From contig CAXXHO010000003.1 in assembly GCA_963667725.2 (NCBI GenBank), forward strand, positions 1,120,001-1,184,000: a DNA stretch of 64,000 nucleotides, written 5' to 3'. This document shows, piece by piece, positions 57,450 to 64,000 of the stretch (position 1 is the stretch's first letter; each line of letters starts with the position of its first letter). The position numbers and the translations under genes are program-made. The notes beneath the pieces are model-generated. The model made no database searches. It worked only from the letters and a program-made list of their open reading frames with translations, and had not been told where the DNA came from. The stretch is from Treponemataceae bacterium. Lineage in GTDB: Bacteria > Spirochaetota > Spirochaetia > Treponematales > Rectinemataceae.

Positions 57450-58541
57450 CTATCGCGAAACATGTAAAACATCTACGAGTCTTACCGCGCTGTCAATGAT
57501 GAAACCTAGGCTGAGCGACACCGAAACCGCCGCCACCGCGCCCGATACGTAGAGAGCCGTTTGGGTAGCCGCGCCTCGCGAGTACGCTTCATAGAAGGAA
57601 TAAAACGTTCCGATCGCGATCGCGCTCAGGGGCAGGCTCAGGACAAAACGTCCCAAGGCCGAACTGAACCTTTTCTCAGCCCTTAGAAAACTGGATTTTT
57701 CAGCCCACTTCAACCGGTCGTCCGCGTTGATTATCGATGCTTCTGGCAGGGCGGCTCCAGCCGCGGGTTTCATGTCGATAACGATCGATGTATAGGAATC
57801 AGGTTTGAAATCCGCAATTTCGCAGAACCCATCCTCGAAACCGCTTTGTCGAACGATAATAGGGTAATTTCCTTTCTCATAGACAAAAATTCTCGTCCCA
57901 TCCAGGGCGATGGATCCTTCGGAAGGCGTTCCCTGGACGCTGAGCGCGGCGCCAGAAGCCGGTTTTGTAACGATATCGACAACACTGACTTCCTTTGTCG
58001 CTACCCAATGCATCATCGCCGGCAAAGCCGCGGCGCGCAGATTTTCCAGCGTCGAGATTGCACCCTTATACAAGAATGTGCCCTGAGGGTTTTCGGATTC
58101 TTTTTCATAAAAAAGAATCCTGCATTCTACAGCTTCATCCTTTAATGAATAAAATCCGAGAATCAATCCATCCAGACCGGTAAATGCTTCCTTCCCCTTC
58201 CTCGCGTCAACGAAGGGAGCGTCGGCGGTTCTTGTCCGCAGCGCCGTTTTCATGGACAGCCGGCCGGGAAGAGGCTTCAGGGCCGAGAAAAGAAGGGAAG
58301 GAAGCGTCACGGAAAGAGCTCCCTCGGCCGATTTGCCTGCAAGTTCGGCTGCCTTAGCGAAACCGAACTCGGGGGAAGCCGTCTCTATCAGCGTTTCGGG
58401 CAAAACCTCGAGGAACTGCGTCATGCCCAAAATCCACTGGCTCGTGTCCTGAGCCTGGAGATTCTGCGCGGAAAAACCAAGCAGCAGGCACAGAAGACCT
58501 GCCGCTGTCAGCCCCCGCCTTCTAGACTTCCTCATCTTCAT
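57450..58541 (-). CDS. Exported hypothetical protein with two C-terminal TM helices
   Basis: Signal-peptide-like N terminus, hydrophobic C terminus; lies between prfB and ftsY. Confidence 0.65.
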   Translation of the reverse strand: MKMRKSRRRGLTAAGLLCLLLGFSAQNLQAQDTSQWILGMTQFLEVLPETLIETASPEFGFAKAAELAGKSAEGALSVTLPSLLFSALKPLPGRLSMKTALRTRTADAPFVDARKGKEAFTGLDGLILGFYSLKDEAVECRILFYEKESENPQGTFLYKGAISTLENLRAAALPAMMHWVATKEVSVVDIVTKPASGAALSVQGTPSEGSIALDGTRIFVYEKGNYPIIVRQSGFEDGFCEIADFKPDSYTSIVIDMKPAAGAALPEASIINADDRLKWAEKSSFLRAEKRFSSALGRFVLSLPLSAIAIGTFYSFYEAYSRGAATQTALYVSGAVAAVSVSLSLGFIIDSAVRLVDVLHVSR

Positions 58542-59656
58542 CTTCGGACTGCGGCACGCCGCCCTTCCACTTCCAGCGCAGGTAGGTTTCTATGAAGGGA
58601 TCAAAGCCCCCATCCATTACCTCGTGGACGTTTCCGACGAAAAACTTGGTCCTGTGATCTTTGACCATCGTGTAGGGCTGAAAAACGTAAGATCGTATCT
58701 GTGATCCCCAGGCTATCTCTTTCTTGTCGCTCTGGAATTTCGCGTTTTCCTTTTCCTTTTCAAGCCTGTAATACTCGTATAGCCTGGAACGCAACACGCT
58801 GAACGCCACGTCCTTGTTCTTGTACTGGCTTCTTTCGTTCTGGCAGGTGACGACGATGCCTGTGGCGAGGTGGGTGATGCGCACCGCGGAGTCGGTTTTG
58901 TTGACCTTCTGGCCGCCGGCACCCCCCGATCGATAGGTGTCGATGCGAATATCCTCGGGTTTGATCTCGATAGTAATTGAATCGTCGAGAACGGGCAGCA
59001 CATAGACGGAGGAGAACGAGGTATGTCTTCTGGCGTTGGAGTCGAAGGGAGATATCCTGACGAGCCTGTGCACGCCGCTTTCACCTCGTAGCAGACCGTA
59101 AGCATAAGGTCCGCTGATCTGAATCGTCGCTGATTTAATGCCGCCTTCCGCCTCAAGCATATCGACGACTTCCATCTTGAAGTTCCGACGCTCCGCCCAG
59201 CGAGTATAGGCCCTGAGAAGCATGCTCGCCCAATCGCATGCCTCGGTTCCGCCCGATCCAGCATGAATGGCGACGTAGGCATCAGACGCGTCTGCCTCTC
59301 CCGATAGTAGTTCCACTATCACGGCTGAATCGAAGCGCTTCCGAACGTCGTCAAGCGTATTCTGGAGGTCTTTTTCGAGATCGCGCTGATCTTCCTCGAT
59401 GGCGAGTTCGTAGAATTCCCGCAGAGCCTCCACATCGGTAGTCAGGGCCCTCCATATCGCGACCCTATCCTTTATCTGCTTGATCTGCGCGAATATTTTC
59501 CCCGCTCTCGCCGAATCGTTCCAGAAATCCGGATCGGCGGTAAGTTTTTCTTTTTCCGTTACCGATTTTTCAAGGGCATCGGCGTCAAAGACGCCCCCAG
59601 ATATCGCCTATTTCCGCCTGCAGCTCTGAAATCGGTTTTGCCATTTCTTCCAACAT
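58522..59656 (-). CDS. prfB: Peptide chain release factor 2, expressed via +1 programmed frameshift
   Basis: AAGGAG RBS, ATG at 59656, 23 codons to GGGGG-CGT-CTT-TGA-C; +1 frame from 59586 joins the ORF carrying the SPF and GGQ motifs. Confidence 0.96.
59584..59599 (-). promoter_or_regulatory. prfB frameshift cassette (internal SD + CTT TGA C)
   Basis: Minus strand TGGGGG CGT CTT TGA C. Confidence 0.95.
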
Positions 59657-59739
59657 TTACAACTCCTTATATATTATTGCGCTTATAATCTAAATCAACT
59701 CACAGAAAGCTATTACATTTGTCACAAATATCATACTAG

Positions 59740-60774
59740 CTAAAGCACGGAAAAGCGGTACTTGGTGCTATGCGCCCATATTTCCCCCGGTTCGACATTG
59801 CAGGAAGGAAAATCAGGCCTATTGGGCGAATCGGGATAGTACTGGGTTTCAAGACAGAAGCCCGAGTGCTTTCCATACACCGATCCGCTCTTTCCCATTA
59901 TGCCATCGAGGTAGTTTCCTGTATAGAACTGTACCGCTGGCGACGTCGTCGCGACGCTGAGCCGTCGCCCTCGCTTTTTTTCCGTCGCGACCGCGAAGGG
60001 CTCATCGGCCAGCAGCGAATCCACGATAAAGCAGTGATCATAGCCCGAAAGGGATGTACCGATATCGTCGCCTATCTTTTTGCTTTTCCTGAAATCAAAA
60101 GGCGTTCCGTTTACCTCGACGGGTTCCCCCGGCAAGGGAATGAGCGATGCACCCACCGGAAGGTAGCGGCCGCAGCGCAGGAGAAGCTCATGCTCCAAAA
60201 TCGTGCTCGATCCTTCGCCCGCAAGATTGAAATAGGCGTGATTGGTCAAGTTCAGAGGCGTAAGGCTGTCCGCCTCCGCTTCGTAGAAAATCCCCAGCTC
60301 GCCCGTCCTGTCCAGCGTAACGGTCACCGCCACATGGAGGTTGCCTGGATAGCCCTCCTCGCCGTCGGCGCTATCAAGCGAAAAGCGGACCGAGGGATTG
60401 CCGTCGATCGTATCCATTGTTCCCTTCCAGAGGCGACGTCCAAAGCCCCGCCTCCCTCCATGTAGGTGGTTCTCCCCATCGTTCGAGAAAAGATTGTATT
60501 CTTTTCCGGCAAGAGAGAACGAAGCCCCGGCGATACGGTTGGCGAAGCGGCCAACCGTCGCCCCAAAATAAGGATGCTTGGCGGCGTACGGAGGGAAACT
60601 CGAGAACCCCAGGAGCACATCGTCCTTAACGCCCCTGGCGTCAGGCATCACGAGGCTCAGCCAGGAGGCGCCATAATCGCTCCAGGATGCCCTATACTCG
60701 CCCGATTCCAGAAGATAGAGCGATACATCTTCCCCTGAAGAAAGCGTTCCGAAAGATTTTCTGCATAATGACAT
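59740..60774 (-). CDS. galM: Aldose 1-epimerase (galactose mutarotase)
   Basis: GATVGRFANRI, HLHGG, GYPG, NLTNHAYFNL, GYDHCF, QFYTGN, FCLETQ. Confidence 0.93.
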   Translation of the reverse strand: MSLCRKSFGTLSSGEDVSLYLLESGEYRASWSDYGASWLSLVMPDARGVKDDVLLGFSSFPPYAAKHPYFGATVGRFANRIAGASFSLAGKEYNLFSNDGENHLHGGRRGFGRRLWKGTMDTIDGNPSVRFSLDSADGEEGYPGNLHVAVTVTLDRTGELGIFYEAEADSLTPLNLTNHAYFNLAGEGSSTILEHELLLRCGRYLPVGASLIPLPGEPVEVNGTPFDFRKSKKIGDDIGTSLSGYDHCFIVDSLLADEPFAVATEKKRGRRLSVATTSPAVQFYTGNYLDGIMGKSGSVYGKHSGFCLETQYYPDSPNRPDFPSCNVEPGEIWAHSTKYRFSVL

Positions 60775-60775
60775 A

Positions 60776-61579
60776 TCAGACCTTATAATAGAGGCCGAGG
60801 GCCCATTCCATGAAACGATTAGGCAGTATCCGCTTCAGCAGCGGCACTGCCCTCTGAAAAGCCTGTCCGAAGGTGTAGCGCGCCCGAGGATGGGGGTTCT
60901 CGATGATCCTCTCGACGAGAGGTCCGATCCGTTCAGCCGGGTATCCCTTTTCCTCATCCTTCCAGGCGATATTCATTACCCTGGTAAAAGAATCTTCATA
61001 GTCCTTCGTCACCTTCGCGTCGCTTCGGCAATCCTGGTGGCGGATATCGCTGGGCTGAACCATGGAAACGCTTATGCCGAAACCGTTGACTTCGGCTCGC
61101 AAAGACTCCGTCATGCCTTCGAGCGCGAACTTGGAACCGGAATAGGCTCCCTGAAAAGGCAGTCCGACGACGCCGCCCACCGAACTTAGATTAATGATAT
61201 GACCGATGCCCTGAAGGCGCATGATCGGAAGAACCTCCCTGCATACCAGCATCGCGCCGAGGCAATTGGTGCGCCAGCATCGCTCGATATCGCCGATCGA
61301 TACGCACTCGACGGGGCCTACGACATGGAGCCCGGCGTTGTTCACGACAGCGTCCAGCCGGCCTTCTCGCTTCATGACGATTCCAATTCCCCGCGCCACC
61401 GATTCCGGATCCGTAACATCCATCCTGACCATAGGGAAAGCGCCTGATTCCTCGATTTCGTCGCCGGCTGATCGGCTTGTACCGTAAACATTGTACCCAT
61501 GGGCGCCCAGATATGCGGCGCATGCCTTCCCGATTCCGCCAGAAGCGCCGGTTACGATGACAACCTTGGCAGCCGGCAT
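60776..61579 (-). CDS. Short-chain dehydrogenase/reductase
   Basis: TGASGGIG, NNAG, YSGSK. Confidence 0.9.
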   Translation of the reverse strand: MPAAKVVIVTGASGGIGKACAAYLGAHGYNVYGTSRSAGDEIEESGAFPMVRMDVTDPESVARGIGIVMKREGRLDAVVNNAGLHVVGPVECVSIGDIERCWRTNCLGAMLVCREVLPIMRLQGIGHIINLSSVGGVVGLPFQGAYSGSKFALEGMTESLRAEVNGFGISVSMVQPSDIRHQDCRSDAKVTKDYEDSFTRVMNIAWKDEEKGYPAERIGPLVERIIENPHPRARYTFGQAFQRAVPLLKRILPNRFMEWALGLYYKV

Positions 61580-61582
61580 TCG

Positions 61583-62116
61583 CTACCTCCTGCCGATGAA
61601 AGCATCGGCGATGATACGGGCTATCTGCTCAGCGTCCCAGCGTTCCGTATCGATAACCAGGTTGGCGCTGGAAACGTCGTCCGTATCGATTCCATACGTC
61701 TCCTTGTAACGCCTGTGGTCCCGTATGTCCCTCTGCGCGGTAAATGCGGCGATTTCGTCCCTGCTGCCGCCCTCCCGGGCATGAATCCTGTCTACGCGCA
61801 CGCTCGGGCTGGCCTTGAGGTATACCCTCAAGGAGGCGTTGGGCAGGAGCCACATGGCGAGACGGGAGCCGATGACGCAGTCTTGTTTTTGCGCCAGCTC
61901 CACTTGCCGCGAATCAAGAAGCCGATCCCAGGAAGAGTCTTCCTCGGCGAGAGCCAGGATTTCGGCCAGACTTTTGCCTTCCTCCTCGGCGAGTTTCCTG
62001 AATGTATAGTTGATGAATTCGCATCCGAGTATCTGGGCCACTCGTTTTGATACGGTAGTGTTTCCGCATCCGGATTTCCCCGAAATAGCGATAATGGCGG
62101 CCTGCGTTTTTTTCAT
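61583..62116 (-). CDS. Second cytidylate kinase-like protein (archaeal/type 2)
   Basis: ISGKSGCGNTT, FRKLAEE.G, SRLA.W, RY...YGID. Confidence 0.8.
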   Translation of the reverse strand: MKKTQAAIIAISGKSGCGNTTVSKRVAQILGCEFINYTFRKLAEEEGKSLAEILALAEEDSSWDRLLDSRQVELAQKQDCVIGSRLAMWLLPNASLRVYLKASPSVRVDRIHAREGGSRDEIAAFTAQRDIRDHRRYKETYGIDTDDVSSANLVIDTERWDAEQIARIIADAFIGRR

Positions 62117-62979
62117 TCCACGTTCCTCAACTGCTCCCTGATATTTTCCAGGGAATCTTTCATTTCCACGGCAGCATGCGCCACGGCCACAAGCGTGTTC
62201 TTGGATCCGATAGTGTTCGTCTCCCTGTTCATTTCCTGGCAGAGAAAATCCATTTTCTTGGCGGGAGCTTCCTCGAACGCCATGGCTCTGAAAGCCTCGA
62301 TATGCGCGTCCAGCCTCGACACTTCCTCATTGATGGTCAGCCGAACCAGCTGAACGGCGACTTCCTGAAGAAGGCGCTGCTCATCATACCCCTTTGGCAG
62401 AAGCTCTTCGAACCTCGACTGCAACTGCAGCTTGATGGCATTTTCCATCTCGACTACATTTTTCCGTACGATGGTAAGAGCTCCCTCGAAGCGCGCCAGC
62501 TCAGAAAAGATATTCGCCTCCGTGGCCTGGCCTTCCCTTTCCCTGGAGGCTTCGAACTCATCCAGGACGAGACCGATTTCGTCGGCTATCGGCTGCCAGA
62601 TCCTTCCGCCATCGAAATCTTTCTCATAGGAAAGCACGCCCTCGAAGGAGGCTATTTGGCTCAACGAAGGTTTTTCAACCAGCCCGCATGCCGCGGCAAT
62701 TGAAGAAATCGCCTCATAGACCGCTTGAGCTGTATCCACGTCGGGGCGCACGGAGATGGGAATATTCATTTTTTTCAGCCGAAGGCCGAATTCGACCTTT
62801 CCCCTATTGAGGCGTTCCCCCAGCAACTGCTGGATTTTCGGTTCAAACGAGGATACCTGCGGCGGCAGGGAAATGGAGATGTCCAAATAGCGGTTATTGT
62901 AGGATTTCAGCTGGACGCTTCCGGCGATTCCATCTCTGTCAAATTCTCTCTGCGCGAAACCGGTCATGCTTTTAAGCAT
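62113..62979 (-). CDS. YicC/YloC-family endoribonuclease
   Basis: MLKSMTGF, N.RYLD, RGKVE, EE..RL..H, DFLCQEMNRETNTIGSK, REQ..NVE. Confidence 0.92.
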   Translation of the reverse strand: MLKSMTGFAQREFDRDGIAGSVQLKSYNNRYLDISISLPPQVSSFEPKIQQLLGERLNRGKVEFGLRLKKMNIPISVRPDVDTAQAVYEAISSIAAACGLVEKPSLSQIASFEGVLSYEKDFDGGRIWQPIADEIGLVLDEFEASREREGQATEANIFSELARFEGALTIVRKNVVEMENAIKLQLQSRFEELLPKGYDEQRLLQEVAVQLVRLTINEEVSRLDAHIEAFRAMAFEEAPAKKMDFLCQEMNRETNTIGSKNTLVAVAHAAVEMKDSLENIREQLRNVE

Positions 62980-64000
62980 CGCTATGTTCCTTTTTCCTCA
63001 GCTGTTCAAGCATCGTTCTCCCTAACTTCCAGTTGTCGCCCGCTCCCATGGTTATGAAAAGATCGTTCTCATGGATAAGGGGTAAAAGCTTAACCGAAGT
63101 ATCCTGGTGTTTTTGCTCATACATTATGAAGCCGCGGTTGATGTCCGATTTTTTTCCATCGGACAGATCGACGAGATCCTTCCTGCGAGCCTTCACCTTT
63201 TCGAAAAGGTTCCTGCCGCTGACGGATTCCACCGGCTTCTCTCTCGCCGAAGCGTATATGTCATGAAGGACGACGCAGTCCGCATCGTCCAGGCTCTCAG
63301 CGAATTCGTCCATAAGCGCTATTGTTCTGGAATAGGTATGGGACATGAAATCGACGATGAGTCGCCGCGATGGCCAGAAAGCCTTGATGCCCGCTATGGT
63401 CGCCTTCAGGGCCGTAGGATGGTGGGCATAATCATCCATGATGAGGACGTTTCCCGCTTCTCCCACAATTTCGCTTCTGCGTCGCGAGCCCTTGAACTCT
63501 CCCAGCGCGGCCCCGGCCTGCTCCCACTGCCCCTTAGTCCAATCATCGCCCTTTTGCGAATCCCTTACGATATCGTGAACGAGAGCCAGGGCTCCCGCCG
63601 CGTCGAGGACGAGATGCCTCCCCGGCACATGAAGCTCAAAGCCCGCCTCGCGGGCTCCCAGGGTAAAAGAAGTATGCCCTTCCCCCGTGACGCATGTCCT
63701 TACCTTCCATGGCCCATCGGCGGAAAAGCCATAGGGCGCGAAGCGCAGGTCCGGCCTCTTCGCCTTCGTGAAAGCGGCCACAGCCCCGGCTCCAGGGTCG
63801 TCGGCGCAGTACACGAGGAGACCTCCGACGGGAAGCGACATGACATAGTCGCGAAACGCCTCTTCTATCGATTCGTAGGTCGGATAGTAATCCTGATGGT
63901 CGCTCTCGACGCTCGTGAGAAGGATGCGGCGGGGGGAAAAGTACATAAAATGCCGCTTGTATTCATCGGTTTCCGCGACGAAATAACGTTGTCCCCTGAT
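62972..64000 (-). CDS. murC: UDP-N-acetylmuramate--L-alanine ligase (5' truncated by window edge)
   Basis: Frame open to the window end (YFVAETDEY); DH.DYY, G..RR, DDYAHHPT, HTYSRT, IYASARE, TMGAGD. Confidence 0.92.
   Translation of the reverse strand: MRGQRYFVAETDEYKRHFMYFSPRRILLTSVESDHQDYYPTYESIEEAFRDYVMSLPVGGLLVYCADDPGAGAVAAFTKAKRPDLRFAPYGFSADGPWKVRTCVTGEGHTSFTLGAREAGFELHVPGRHLVLDAAGALALVHDIVRDSQKGDDWTKGQWEQAGAALGEFKGSRRRSEIVGEAGNVLIMDDYAHHPTALKATIAGIKAFWPSRRLIVDFMSHTYSRTIALMDEFAESLDDADCVVLHDIYASAREKPVESVSGRNLFEKVKARRKDLVDLSDGKKSDINRGFIMYEQKHQDTSVKLLPLIHENDLFITMGAGDNWKLGRTMLEQLRKKEHSDA

Noticed and set aside
59717..59729. Palindrome ATTTGT-C-ACAAAT upstream of prfB as a regulator site
   Set aside because: Short, in an AT-rich gap, single occurrence, and not matching a motif I can name

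Overview
Gene-dense, housekeeping-rich chromosomal window from a spirochete (Spirochaetales/Treponemataceae-like, inferred from gene orders such as rpsB-tsf-frr-uppS-cdsA-dxr-rseP without pyrH, prfB-hyp-ftsY-lolCDE-like, murC-yicC-cmk2, and mltG-dnaG-rpoD-Zn-ribbon-rnpB). It carries about 60 protein genes for translation, replication, envelope/shape and metabolite repair, three tRNAs (Arg-CCG, Thr-TGT, Tyr-GTA), an RNase P RNA, and a prfB gene with the classic +1 programmed frameshift. I see no CRISPR array, prophage, integrase, transposase or defence island, and I cannot support a claim of a wholly new multi-gene system. The best leads are: an RNase P RNA with a ~77-nt P9 extension and a complementary stem bracketing the gene; a galactokinase-fold protein with a degenerate sugar/catalytic motif next to surE; a radical SAM fusion translationally coupled to rodA; an RG/RD-rich insertion in HrpA; and an orphan 111-aa gene behind tRNA-Arg. 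All protein calls come from motif recognition by eye, not from database searches.
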